A stretch of 63,970 bases of DNA, counting the filler, from Octopus bimaculoides (lineage: Eukaryota): the NCBI RefSeq assembly GCF_001194135.2. It is 4 parts of 4 records of this genome, joined end to end, with 100 filler letters (N's around TTAATTAATTAA, not from the genome) between each part and the next. Parts side by side here need not be neighbours in the genome. Positions count along the whole stretch, not along the records: positions 1 to 23,477 come from NC_068989.1; 3 more parts are not named here. The stretch is one strand, 5' to 3'. Below, piece by piece: positions 1 through 13,602 of the stretch. Made by a program: the position numbers and the translations under genes. A model generated the notes under the pieces. It saw nothing but the letters and a program-made list of their open reading frames with translations. It did not search any database and was not told the DNA's origin. The stretch's first letter is position 1, and each line of letters starts with the position of its first letter.

Positions 1-47
1 TATATATATATATATATATATATAGATAGATAGATAGATAGATAGGG
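1..47. repeat. (TA)n/(TAGA)n microsatellite
   Basis: Directly visible di- and tetranucleotide runs. Confidence 0.95.
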
Positions 48-1731
48 GGTATATTTTGTACATTAGATACAGTCTTTGGCGAGTGGATTGTTTATAATGA
101 TAACAAATAATTAGAGGCAAATTAATGTTTATTATATTTTTCATTTCGAAGTCATAAGGCATAAAGCGATATATTTTACTGGAAGTTATTTAGCATAGTG
201 TAAATGCGCATGGGATGAAAATTTGATGGATTTTGGTTGGGTGCATGTACGTGAAAAGAGGATGTTAAAGTTTTTCATAGCTTCATACCGATATAGTATG
301 TTAAGACTAAAAATGAAAACCTAAGCATTAAACATATTTCTGTATTACACATGTAATTCAAACCGTCGCAACTTAGATGCATTTCACTGCGTTGTAACTG
401 GAATCTGTTTCCACCGTGTCTGCATCTCCTTCGTCATATATTGTTTTGTCAGAATCACACTAATAGACATCAGATAAGGTGTGTTGCTCAGCGATTTAAC
501 TATGACAATTAAAGCCTATTCTGTATCAAATAACAGTGTGAGAGATAGTGGTGTATGAACATAAGTCACCATAGATACTAATGTTCATGAAGTTTTCTGA
601 GTCCTCTAAAGAAGTCAAGTGCATGTACTGTCCAGATGGTTTTGAAAGTGCTTCTTATACTCTATATACGCTCAATTACATTCGTTGTTTTGAGCGGTAG
701 TCGTTGAATCGCAGATTAAATGTTGTCCAGCAACTGTGGTTTTCTGATACGTTTGCAGTGAATCATCGGCAGTTATTGTCTTTTCCTCTTAAATGGAAAA
801 TTTTATGTTCATCAATACATGCTCTTCTTGGTCATACAAGCCTAACTGACATAGACGTGACTGCCTTACGCTTAAATGGAGGCGCTTCCAAACCCATTTA
901 TAAATACACATAAATACACAAATCATTTCAAGTATAGATTCCCGGCCACCGAGCTTTTTCGGATAGCGAATAATAAGCGTGGGTAATGTAAGAGCAGGCA
1001 GTGCATGTGAAAAGATGCTAGTTGACTTATAGTAGGGAAAAATAACAAATGGCGTATAAATTCAGGTTACAAATGCTGAAGAGCGAACGTAAATCATTAA
1101 TAATATATTCTATTCAGACAAAATGTTAAAATATCGCTAAATATAAAATGATAAATATAAAGGCAGAGGGCAACCAATTTTATTCAGTACTTTAGTGATT
1201 GTCTTTTCCTCTTAAATTGAGAAACATATGTCCATCACTATATGCGCTTCTTCTTGGTAATACCATCGTAATTGTCATATACGTGGCTGGTTTGATAAAA
1301 CCTGCGCTTTATAAAGGTGTTTGATAGTACTAATATATTTCATGAATTTTGTGATTACAAGATTTCAGAATTCATGTTGAGTAAGGTATGTTTGTCGAAA
1401 AATATAAAAATTGACTTATAAGTATATACATTCAAGTATAAATACACTGTTAAATAATTCACTCTTTGCCACAATATTAATCAATACGTGGTTTACCACC
1501 ACTACCTCCCCATAACAACATATATACGTGACAGTCCCAAGAATTAAATATTTCTACTCTCTTGGGTTAAAGAAAGAGTAGATATGTTGTAATTAATCAC
1601 GTGCAGCAACAGTATCAACAACAACAGATATTTTACCAAACCTCCAAGAATGGCTTTATTTGATCACAGCATAATTTAACCGTTCACACATGACTGAAGT
1701 GAAAAACGATTGCCACCATAGAGACTATAGG

Positions 1732-1781
<50 letters not shown>

Positions 1782-4669
1782 NNNNNNNNNNNNNNNNNNN
1801 NNNNNNNNNNNNNNNNNNNNNNNNNNNNNNNNNNNNNNNNNNNNNNNNNNNNNNNNNNNNNNNNNNNNNNNNNNNNNNNNNNNNNNNNNNNNNNNNNNNN
1901 NNNNNNNNNNNNNNNNNNNNNNNNNNNNNNNNNNNNNNNNNNNNNNNNNNNNNNNNNNNNNNNNNNNNNNNNNNNNNNNNNNNNNNNNNNNNNNNNNNNN
2001 NNNNNNNNNNNNNNNNNNNNNNNNNNNNNNNNNNNNNNNNNNNNNNNNNNNNNNNNNNNNNNNNNNNNNNNNNNNNNNNNNNNNNNNNNNNNNNNNNNNN
2101 NNNNNNNNNNNNNNNNNNNNNNNNNNNNNNNNNNNNNNNNNNNNNNNNNNNNNNNNNNNNNNNNNNNNNNNNNNNNNNNNNNNNNNNNNNNNNNNNNNNN
2201 NNNNNNNNNNNNNNNNNNNNNNNNNNNNNNNNNNNNNNNNNNNNNNNNNNNNNNNNNNNNNNNNNNNNNNNNNNNNNNNNNNNNNNNNNNNNNNNNNNNN
2301 NNNNNNNNNNNNNNNNNNNNNNNNNNNNNNNNNNNNNNNNNNNNNNNNNNNNNNNNNNNNNNNNNNNNNNNNNNNNNNNNNNNNNNNNNNNNNNNNNNNN
2401 NNNNNNNNNNNNNNNNNNNNNNNNNNNNNNNNNNNNNNNNNNNNNNNNNNNNNNNNNNNNNNNNNNNNNNNNNNNNNNNNNNNNNNNNNNNNNNNNNNNN
2501 NNNNNNAAGTAAAATATAAGGCCTTGTGTAGCCTTTGTGGTGTTAAAATATGGTTGTCATAGATGTATTAAAATAGTGATACAGTCTTTGACACAGAAAA
2601 TAACACACAAACACACACGCATGCATACATACACACACACATGCACACACACACACGCACACTTCGCCACAACAAATATAGCACACACATACAACCGAAA
2701 ACTACAGACATCATACCCACATGTACACACAGACGCACAAAGGTATACTCAGTACAAACACGAACAGTACGTGCACGTACACACACATAGACACCACCCT
2801 GATTAACGTAACACCCACGGACATACACAGAGCCCCAGACAATAACAACACACTCACACATCCATACACACTCACACACTCATACACACTCAAACACCCT
2901 TATACACTTACACACCCATACACACTCCTCACTGACCTCTAAGACCAGTCAGAAAAAAACCCCACACATACACAAGCACATATCTATACACACATACATA
3001 GAACCGTGCACACGCACACAAACACCCTCACCAACACACCATCTTGAACTCTAAGACCAGTCTGAAAACCACTGAACCATGACAGACTAGCCCACAAACA
3101 AAAAATCATTTTCATTCCACAAACTATGCGAATGCTTTCCCCCACCAACCGACCTCCCCCTACTATTTCTAAAAATAGCAGCCAGCCTTGCCAAACACAC
3201 ATTCATAACTGGAGATGAAAGAAAAAGGTTGGTCATTCCCGTAAAATTCTGTATACATACTTAAATATGATTTCTGATGAAGTTTTGACTAAGCAATACA
3301 CGCTTTCTCCTATCAAAAACTGTCTACAAATTCTTTCTGTATATATGCTTATATACAAACATGATTTTTGATGAACTTAACAAATAATTATGAATTTATT
3401 TCACTACCTATTTTTAACACTTTTATATAAACTGTTTAAACAAAAAGCTCCTCTTAGCATTTTCTCATTGTCAATGATTCTATTTCTTAACATTTTCTTA
3501 TCATTGTCAAAGAGTGCATCACTGTATCTTAATACACCTTTGATAACCATTTTTAACACAAGGGCTACACAAAATTCTCACAATTTAAACTTGGAAATTA
3601 AAATTTAAAAAAAAATAGTGAAACCGTTCAAGTCAATAAACATCTTAAAAAGAATTCTGCATTTTCAAATCTCTACTCCTATATATATATATATATCTAT
3701 ATATCTATCTAAGGGATTGATGTATCCGTAAGCACTCCTGGTGTATTACCTCGTTATAAGGTATACGGTAGTAGGTAATATAACGGTAAAACTCTGGTTT
3801 AATATATAGAGAGAAGATAAGAAATGGAGCAAGAATTAACAATAAGAAGTGGATTATTGGTGTTTAAAAGTCATTATTTGATTAAATTTAGAACATTTAC
3901 AGCTGTTTCTGTTTATAAAATTGGAGTAAATTTACATTTACCTCGTTACATTTAATAAACATCTATAAGAAGTAGGATAGCCATAAGAAGTATGCATTTG
4001 ATAGTTTGATCAACCACGGTTGATATGTAACTACAAAGCAAATACAATAAAGACATGTTCATTTAGGAGTGGTAAACTGCAGATATATGTCACTCAAAAT
4101 GAATGATCCTAAGGACTATTTCATAATATTAATGCATAAGTGCGAGGTGAGCATAGAGTATTTTAAGTTTATGATTTATATACGCTTATCGAAGCAATCA
4201 GCTATCGCTTTCTCCTATTACAAAATTATCCATTATTCTTACAACACAAGATTCTATTTTTAAACATATCTACATGCTTAAATGTGTTTGGCTTAGCATA
4301 CATCTTTTCGTGTTTATGCATGTTTGTTTCCGTGTGTGTCTGTATCTGTAGTTGTATCTTTGTGAGCAAATTTGCAGGTGTGAACTGGTGCGTGCTCATG
4401 CGTGCAAGGCCATCACTGGGTGGGCTTTGTAATCGAGATCATATATATCTGCGTGGGTTACTCCACAATCTTCTATTAAAATTTATTGCACACAACAAAA
4501 CAATTTCTACATTCACGGCATTAATTCGATAGGCAGTCCTTTTAAAATGATGTATCATTGTGTTCCCAGGATTTTGCTATCAACGCATCAACTGTGGTGC
4601 AAATGGTGATATTCATAATTTATATATGTGTATGTGTGCACTTGTGAGCCTATACATACGTATATGCAT

Positions 4670-4707
<38 letters not shown>

Positions 4708-5540
4708 TATTACTATTATTGTTGCTGCTATTCGTAGTGTGTCTATCGATCACATATGCAGTAGGTCGACAGCAACGGGACAAATGGATAATATTGTTGA
4801 TTACATTAAGATAGATTCCGATCAATGCTGCATAGTAGACTATAACGCAATCCGTTGTTGCCTTCGCTTGGTATATGCATTGGAATGGCTTGTATACGCC
4901 GTGTGCAAAACTGTCCTTGATTTTCTGTGCGTAATAGCTACTGGTCACGACATTAACGTTAGTCTGGAATTAGCTTTGCGGACATACGTCGGTACACCCA
5001 CACAAACAGTTGCATATATACCGTTTAACTAAGTTTTCTTTGTTTCTGCATCTACACAACATATTCTCGCACAATCATACACGTATATTATATACATGTT
5101 TATACACACACAGGCACACAGCCGCACAGACACACACATACATATATATCGGGAGAAATTACTAGAAATACAAGTTTGTATTATTTGTTCCTATCTACGT
5201 CTGGCTTTTATCTTTTATCTCTTACTTGATTTAGCCACTAAACTGCAGACATGCTGGAGCGCTACATTGAGCAATTTGTTTTAAAGCGTGGTGCTTATTC
5301 TATCGGTTCGGTTTGATCGAACTGCTACGTTATGGGGGCGTAAGCACACCAACAACAGTTGTCATTCGGTAGTGGGGAGACAAACAAAGACACAAAAAAG
5401 CACTCCCCAGACACTCACACACAAAAACACACAAGCACGCACACACAAACAAACATGCACGCATGCACACACAAACACATTCACAAGCACACACACGTTC
5501 ATAAACACACACGCATGTGCATATACACACACACGTACAT

Positions 5541-5571
<31 letters not shown>

Positions 5572-5633
5572 CACGCACACACATATATNNNNNNNNNNAC
5601 ACACACACACGCACACACACGCGCACACATATA

Positions 5634-6837
5634 TCAGGCTGAGCAAAAAAGTAACCGACATTTTGAAGCATAAAATTCATCACAATATATTTCAACACCG
5701 CAGAAATTTTACGCATCAAAATGAATACCATTACAATCAATACATTTTTGTTTGTCAACGAGTTACAACTTTGTTTATTCCAGTAACATAAAAATCTGGA
5801 GTTCTGGAGTTGATGAAGTCTATGAACACAGTTTCAGCATCTGTTTAATTTTTGAACTCTTTCTCTCGCAGGAAACCATCAAGGTGCTCGAAAAAGTGGC
5901 AGTCGGCAGGAGAAAGGTCTGAGGAATAAGCTGGGTGGGGAAGAACTTTGTAGCCAAGTCCTCTTCAATTTCATGACAATATGTTTCTGCACTAATGGTT
6001 TTAGTGAGTTTTAAGAAGTTATAGTTGATGAGTCGATCAGTACACCACCAATCAGTCACCATTACCTTCTTTTGGAAGAGCTTGGGTTTAGGGAAGTTTT
6101 TCTCTGCTCCATTTTGGTCCGACGCTGCGAAGAACGTTTTTTATTGTTGTACAGAATCTACTTTTCATTACAAGTGACAATAGCGCCGAGAAATGGATCG
6201 ATTTGGTTACGGAGAAGAAGCGACGAGCAAATTTCATAACTGCGCATTTTCTGATTTTCATTCAAATCGTGTGGTACCCATTTGTCGAGCTATTTTAATT
6301 TTCCGATCGCCTGCAAATGGTTGCAGGCAGTCTTCTGGCTAAATTGATGTTTTTTTGCCAGTACTCGAGTGGTTTTACGTGAATCTTTCTCAATAACTGT
6401 CTTTAATTGACCGTCATCGATGACAGATGGGCGTCCACTCTGCTTTGGATCTCCACTGTGAAATCGTTTAAACCATTTTCGAGCTGCCCACTCACGGGTC
6501 ATTTCCTCACCAAACGTTCCGTTGATATCNNNNNNNNNNNNNNNNNNNNNNNNNNNNNNNNNNNNNNNNNNNNNNNNNNNNNNNNNNNNNNNNNNNNNNN
6601 NNNNNNNNNNNNNNNNNNNNNNNNNNNNNNNNNNNNNNNNNNNNNNNNNNNNNNNNNNNNNNNNNNNNNNNNNNNNNNNNNNNNNNNNNNNNNNNNNNNN
6701 NNNNNNNNNNNNNNNNNNNNNNNNNNNNNNNNNNNNNNNNNNNNNNNNNNNNNNNNNNNNNNNNNNNNNNNNCACTGCAAAAAGCCGGTACAAATTCTTC
6801 ATGGTACAAAAAGTTGTTCACTTTTTACACAACCTGA
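5634..6837 (-). mobile_element. Mariner (Tc1/mariner) DNA transposon, near full length, degraded transposase
   Basis: Imperfect TIRs: TCAGGCTGAGCAAAAAAGTAACCGACATTTT on the left versus reverse complement TCAGGTTGTGTAAAAAGTGAACAACTTTT on the right. Flanked by TA at 5632-5633 and 6838-6839. Minus-strand translation gives the HTH region (WFKRFHSGD..SGRPSVIDDGQLKTVIEKD) and HPAYSSDLSPADCHFFEHLDGFL (mariner YSPDLAPxDY motif), with frameshifts and an N gap at 6530-6772. Confidence 0.92.
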
Positions 6838-6842
6838 TATAT

Positions 6843-6999
6843 GACAGACTCCTTTCAGTTTAAGCCTGTCAAATCCATTCAAGCCTTGCTCGACCCGAGG
6901 CTATTGTAGAAGACAGTCGCCGAAAATACTACGCAGTGGGGCTGAACCCTGAATTATGAGGCTGGGAAGCAAACGTCTTACGATACAGCCATACTTGCA
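6843..6999 (-). mobile_element. tRNA-derived SINE (octopus-type), 5' part
   Basis: Reverse complement matches the SINE copies at 42570-42754 and 59440-59572 (ggctgt..gtaag..ggttcagycccactg..gtcttctrctatagcctcggg..aaggctt..gaaactgaaagragyc). Confidence 0.8.
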
Positions 7000-7000
7000 C

Positions 7001-7054
<54 letters not shown>

Positions 7055-7121
7055 GTCTGTCTATCTAACTATCTATCTATCTATCTATCTATCTATCTGT
7101 CTGTCTGTCTGTCTGTCTGTA

Positions 7122-7164
<43 letters not shown>

Positions 7165-7190
7165 TTATATGAGTGTTTGTGTGTGTGTAT
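7000..7190. repeat. (CTAT)n/(CTGT)n compound microsatellite
   Basis: Directly visible. Confidence 0.95.
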
Positions 7191-8245
7191 ACGTCTCTGG
7201 GTGTATATGACTGTGGGTGTCTTAGCGTGCATGCAGGCTTGTACGTAGAAGCGGACTGAGCTAAAGCCTGCCTAAGGATATATGGATGAACATATTTTCA
7301 AAAAAGTCATGTTGAGTCACTCGTGTAGATTATGATATGCTTACCGATATCTTTCCGTTTCTTGTGGAGCAATGTCTGCGTATAAATATAGTCGTGTGCG
7401 TGGGATGTTTGTAGACGATAAAACAAATATCTCAGATCTACAAAGAATCTGCTTCATTTGCTTCTGAATCTTAGTTTAGCGGCAAAACGAATTCTGCATA
7501 TTTCTTATCGTTACGTGTATATTCATATGTAAAATGTATTCCAGCAGAGACTACCAGTCTATTTTTCTAAGCAGAATATAACACGGAGTAGATTATCTTA
7601 TTTATCATTGGTTTTATAACATAGCAAGATTCACATATTATTTCTAGCTAGTCAAGCAACTACCAAGATATCTGCCTCCGTGGACGAAGATCGTTGTATG
7701 AACAACAAGCAAATTTCGTAAGCCGTGGTCAAAGAAGTGGTATTTTCCTTTCACTATTTAAACATAAATATAATTCTACACGTAATTTTACTTACTTTGT
7801 TTTCTATCATTTTTTTTTCAATCCGTGATACATCACGCACTCATACTCATATACATGATACTTAGATTACAAGTTTTTCTGGGATCATTTGAAAACAACG
7901 AAATGGTGGACTTACTGTAACTTAACATTTGTCAGCAGCTCCGTGCTGTGATTCTCTGCACTTACAATGAGATGAACCTTCAATCAGGGAAGCATACGCT
8001 CTTTTACTACATCAAAATAATAAGATGAACGGTACGTAAATGATAAGTAGACTCATTTGCATATTAAAATAATTTACATCTAGCCCAGTAATGTTAATGT
8101 AGCATTACTGTCAATTGATTACTTGGTTACGAACGCTCTATCTCTTTAGATGCAGCATATATACACATGCGAATATATAGTTGAAGTTTATTGAAAAACA
8201 AAAGACGAAGACAGGTGTATGAACAACAAGCAAGTGGATTAGTTT

Positions 8246-8296
8246 GACGCTCGGGAAACTGAAAAAGTTTTTGCGTTTCGACCCTACGCTCTTCAG
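8246..8296 (-). ncRNA. Degenerate minimal type I hammerhead ribozyme motif in a dispersed repeat
   Basis: Minus strand reads CTGAAGA-G-CGTAGGGT-C-GAAAC-GC...GC-GTC. The core is intact and helix III has 4 bp, but helix I pairs poorly. Confidence 0.4.
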
Positions 8297-8579
8297 CATA
8301 AAAGAATAAGGAAATGACCAGAGAGGGAATGGAAAAGACTTGTAGATTTCAGAGGTCCATATANNNNNNNNNNNNNNNNNNNNNNNNNNNNNNNNNNNNN
8401 NNNNNNNNNNNNNNNNNNNNNNNNNNNNNNNNNNNNNNNNNNNNNNNNNNNNNNNNNNNNNNNNNNNNNNNNNNNNNNNNNNNNNNNNNNNNNNNNNNNN
8501 NNNNNNNNNNNNNNNNNNNNNNNNNNNNNNNNNNNNNNNNNNNNNNNNNNNNNNNNNNNNNNNNNNNNNNNNNNNNNNN

Positions 8580-8620
<41 letters not shown>

Positions 8621-9094
8621 ATATAGACATATATTGATTTATATTTATATATCTATATAATAATCCTCTTGTTTGTTCTGCCGTTATACATTAGTTAGAG
8701 AGATGGACGTGACTTGAGTGAGCGAGGAGAGATGGAGAGAAGGAGGAGTGAAGAAAGAAAGGATGAAGTAGACAAAGGTGATTAATGTTAGTACAATTAG
8801 GTCAAATACGTCATGTGGTCAGATGATGCTAGGGGTGAAGAACGACAAAAAAGACAACGAAAGGAAAAGACAGAGAGAGAATTGTTAACCCTGTGCTGTT
8901 GCGAAGAAATCCTTATTACGTGGTTAGAATTTAGATGAAGTGAAAGGTAGATAGATAGATAGAGAGGGAGAGATCAACAGGGAAGGAATAGATGAAGAGA
9001 CAGTAGTGGTGGTGGTGTGTTGATAGTGAAAAGTTGTTTTGTTTTTAGAGAACTAGCTATTTTTTATAGTGACCATCGCACACGCTTAAAAGCA

Positions 9095-9440
9095 ATTCAT
9101 TGTGTGATCACTTAAGAAATCGATATTTGGCTATAAGGGTTAATTTAGCTTATGCTCTGGATTCACAAGAAACTTGGTTGCAAGCTGCCCGACAAAGGAT
9201 AGGCAGATGTAGAGCGCGGATCAGAGAAGCAAAACGAAAAAAATATAAAAAGAGAAAAAAACAACACCAACGGAGACGTAAGAAAATGAATATAGACGAA
9301 AGTGAAGAAAATTTAAAGAAAGCTAAACTACGAATGCTATAGAAATGCAAGTCATCATTTCTTTCATAAATAAGTCTTCTTATATTTTATACATTACGGG
9401 GAATTCCACATGTGACACTAGTATACATAAATACGTATAT
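9095..9440 (+). repeat. Dispersed ~350-bp duplicated segment, copy 1 (copy 2 at ~12600-12945)
   Basis: Co-linear shared blocks such as ctataagggtta..gctctggatt, gatcagagaag, aaagctaaactacgaatg.tatagaaatgcaa.tcatcatttcttt and actagtatacataaatacgtat. Confidence 0.85.
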
Positions 9441-11238
9441 GATTATATATGAGTACACAGTATTCATAAAACTAATTAGGCCAAAATGCATCTAGGAACA
9501 CAAATACGTTCACATATATTTTGTACGAGTAATTCTTCATAAAGAATATAAAAGTACTGGTCATGATGGTTTGTTATACTTTTAATCATAATTTTTAACA
9601 TTTATATGAATAATCGTGTAGTATTATTGGACATCGCAAGTCTCTTTCCACACAGAAGCTAAAAATCCAATCTCCCCTCTGTCTTTAAATTTCGAGAACA
9701 TTTGACCTTAGATTTCATACTAGTCTGAAGCAGCTATAGAACGGTCAGCATCTTATATGTATGTATGTTTTCATTCTTCAACGAACTGAACATGCAGTTT
9801 TGATGATTGCAAGCCGATTAAAGTAGAACTATTAAAATCGTTACGGAGTTATTGATTATTAAAAGAGTATCTGTTGTAATTCACTTTCGAATCAGAATCT
9901 GAGCATTATATTGTAATATAATTATAGGTTAATATAAGTGTAGATACACTGTACCTGAAAACACGACGTTACAATAGCAGCTGGAACCTATTTAATCGTA
10001 TAGCCAGTCATACAATAATAAACAACTAACAATGCAAACCAAAAATAAGAATAACATGATATTGTAATGCGCCTAAAACCATCATTTGAAGTAGATTTCG
10101 CTAGTCAAAAAGCTTTACAATGTGTGTTATGCTGCAACAGTACGGTAGACGTACATTTTATGTGAGATCCACTCGAGTAGAATATATGATACCATAATTA
10201 ATGGAAATACTTATATAATTAACGTAGATGAATATAAAAATATTCTCACTAATAAGTCCAGTTCGAATATTTATAAAATATTTTATTCAATTAAGTATTT
10301 TAATAAATTAGGTATTTCGAAGTTAGACATTATACAGTCTATGCTACATTATTAAGTTGCACCATTTCGCCTGTATCGTCAATGTAATTTATNNNNNNNN
10401 NNNNNNNNNNNNNNNNNNNNNNNNNNNNNNNNNNNNNNNNNNNNNNNNNNNNNNNNNNNNNNNNNNNNNNNNNNNNNNNNNNNNNNNNNNNNNNNNNNNN
10501 NNNNNNNNNNNNNNNNNNNNNNNNNNNNNNNNNNNNNNNNNNNNNNNNNNNNNNNNNNNNNNNNNNNNNNNNNNNNNNNNNNNNNNNNNNNNNNNNNNNN
10601 NNNNNNNNNNNNNNNNNNNNNNNNNNNNNNNNNNNNNNNNNNNNNNNNNNNNNNNNNNNNNNNNNNNNNNNNNNNNNNNNNNNNNNNNNNNNNNNNNNNN
10701 NNNNNNNNNNNNNNNNNNNNNNNNNNNNNNNNNNNNNNNNNNNNNNNNNNNNNNNNNNNNNNNNNNNNNNNNNNNNNNNNNNNNNNNNNNNNNNNNNNNN
10801 NNNNNNNNNNNNNNNNNNNNNNNNNNNNNNNNNNNNNNNNNNNNNNNNNNNNNNNNNNNNNNNNNNNNNNNNNNNNNNNNNNNNNNNNNNNNNNNNNNNN
10901 NNNNNNNNNNNNNNNNNNNNNNNNNNNNNNNNNNNNNNNNNNNNNNNNNNNNNNNNNNNNNNNNNNNNNNNNNNNNNNNNNNNNNNNNNNNNNNNNNNNN
11001 NNNNNNNNNNNNNNNNNNNNNNNNNNNNNNNNNNNNNNNNNNNNNNNNNNNNNNNNNNNNNNNNNNNNNNNNNNNNNNNNNNNNNNNNNNNNNNNNNNNN
11101 NNNNNNNNNNNNNNNNNNNNNNNNNNNNNNNNNNNNNNNNNNNNNNNNNNNNNNNNNNNNNNNNNNNNNNNNNNNNNNNNNNNNNNNNNNNNNNNNNNNN
11201 NNNNNNNNNNNNNNNCGTATATACATATACATACATAC

Positions 11239-11271
<33 letters not shown>

Positions 11272-11374
11272 CATATGAATGTCTGCATATATATATTTAT
11301 ATAGACATATATGTATGTATCTACCTACCAATACACTCATACACACACATATATATGTATACATACACACACAC

Positions 11375-11406
<32 letters not shown>

Positions 11407-12129
11407 ATGTATGTATATATGCTTATGCCTTTTACATGTACGGGAATTCGTCGGCTTCCCTCAACTAACGGCTGTTATTGAAATAGACTTGAGAGTAATC
11501 TTTAAGAAATATGCATAAATATTTTTTTTCTAATCTTAGAGTTTGATAAATCTGTGCTGAGTGCTGGGAGCTAAAAAAAACACCTGCTTAGTACACAGGA
11601 TAATGAATTCTATCCAACATAACATGAAGCTGATCATTTACAAATTCCTTCCCGTGTAATGTAAATCTGCCTATCATCGAATTGTAAGAGAATCAATATT
11701 GTAGTTTCTGAATTTGGCACAGTAAGTATGGCATTGCTCAGCAAAGTAGATCTTAATCACATTACTAGGAATGTATGTGTTTAAAATATAATCGCAATTC
11801 TTATTTACTGAAGTAGTTACAGATCCATTTCTGAAGAGCCTAACAAGGTGTCTACATAAAGTTAACATGGTCAGATTTTCCCTTATAGAATCAAAAACAA
11901 CTCAGTATACGTAGTGATGAACTGAACGGTGAAACAATTTGAGAGAAATAGAAATGGACGAATATTTTGTATTTACTTGTAACTACAATAATTTTCTTTA
12001 AAAAAAACACACACACACACACACAGACACTCACTCGCACGTACGGACACATATATGCACACACATACAAATTCAAAGATACATTCATGTATACGTACAT
12101 GAATGCATACATAAAAATCCACTTCATAG

Positions 12130-12600
12130 AGCTAGAAATCCGAAAGACACTGAAATCCCTTGGAAATCTTCACAGATATAATGATATCGATAGGCTCTAC
12201 TCAAGAAGTGATGAAGGATGTAGAGGCTTGTGATCAGTGTATACATTTTTCGGTCGTCGTATTGTCTCTCCCAGACAGCACATTTTAAACAACTGCAAAA
12301 ATTAATAAATTTACTTATTGACTGAAAGCGGAAGAGAAAATCCTGTGCCAGCAGCAATTTTGTGAGGAAGCACTCCTTTCCTGATGATCTGCCATACTAC
12401 CTCAAATCCACCGGACTATCATACCTCAATGAAAACTAGGGTGTGAAACGGTCAGCATACCAAAACAGCGCAATGCATGCGTATGTTCTCGAAAGCTTGA
12501 AGAAGACAGAAATAACATGAAGCTCAGCCTGTCTTGGACTAGTGACCGCCACATCACGTTAGACATCGAAGGCTTCACATTTGCAGTCTAAGAAGTGCAA
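12130..12600 (+). mobile_element. R4/Dong-like non-LTR retrotransposon, post-RT fragment
   Basis: IRKTLKSLGNLHRYNDIDRLYSRSDEGCRGL resembles the KTRKLLTMHG.FHPKSDVDRLY.PR.EGGRGL motif. It is followed by frameshifted AMHAY and LSWTSDRHITLDIEGFTFAV*EVQ. Confidence 0.7.
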
Positions 12601-12945
12601 TTATTCATTGCCTGCTGACTTAAGAAATTAATATTTGTCTATAAGGGTTAGTATAGCCTAAGCTCTGGATTTACGACAAATGCAATTGCAGGCTGACGGA
12701 AAAAAAAACATGCGCAGATATAGAGCACAGATCAGAGAAGAACAACGGGAAAATATAAAAAAAGGAAGATAAACACAACACCGACAGAGACGTGAGGAAA
12801 TGAATTTCGACGAAAGGGAAGAAAAGCTAAACTACGAATGATATAGAAATGCAAATCATCATTTCTTTCTTACATAGGGCCTCTTAATTTTTTCCATTAT
12901 GTGGAACATCCAGAGATCCCACTAGTATACATAAATACGTATACA
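12600..12945 (+). repeat. Dispersed ~350-bp duplicated segment, copy 2
   Basis: See 9095-9440. Confidence 0.85.
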
Positions 12946-13562
12946 TATATATATATATATATGCGTATCTATGTTACATAAATATACATACATATANNNN
13001 NNNNNNNNNNNNNNNNNNNNNNNNNNNNNNNNNNNNNNNNNNNNNNNNNNNNNNNNNNNNNNNNNNNNNNNNNNNNNNNNNNNNNNNNNNNNNNNNNNNN
13101 NNNNNNNNNNNNNNNNNNNNNNNNNNNNNNNNNNNNNNNNNNNNNNNNNNNNNNNNNNNNNNNNNNNNNNNNNNNNNNNNNNNNNNNNNNNNNNNNNNNN
13201 NNNNNNNNNNNNNNNNNNNNNNNNNNNNNNNNNNNNNNNNNNNNNNNNNNNNNNNNNNNNNNNNNNNNNNNNNNNNNNNNNNNNNNNNNNNNNNNNNNNN
13301 NNNNNNNNNNNNNNNNNNNNNNNNNNNNNNNNNNNNNNNNNNNNNNNNNNNNNNNNNNNNNNNNNNNGTCTGTTTTTTTATGTTTTATTTATATTCCTGC
13401 AGAACCAATGTGGGGTATAGAATATGGAATATACAATATATAATATAAAATAAAATAAAATAAAAATGGATGGCACCATGAAATAAAGTATTGAATGTAG
13501 ATGAAATATTGAGTGTTCAATATAAAGGATCAAATATATAAATATAAATATAAATATATAAA

Positions 13563-13602
13563 GGCGACTCGAGTTTCAGGGCTATTTCCCTTCGTCATGG
13601 CC
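13563..13602 (-). ncRNA. Minimal type I hammerhead ribozyme motif with a 1-nt core insertion
   Basis: Minus strand: GGC-C[A]TGACGA-AGGG-AAATAG-CCCT-GAAAC-TCGA-GTC-GCC. Helix I GGC/GCC, helix II AGGG/CCCT, palindromic helix III CTCGAG, GUC cleavage triplet. Confidence 0.6.
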
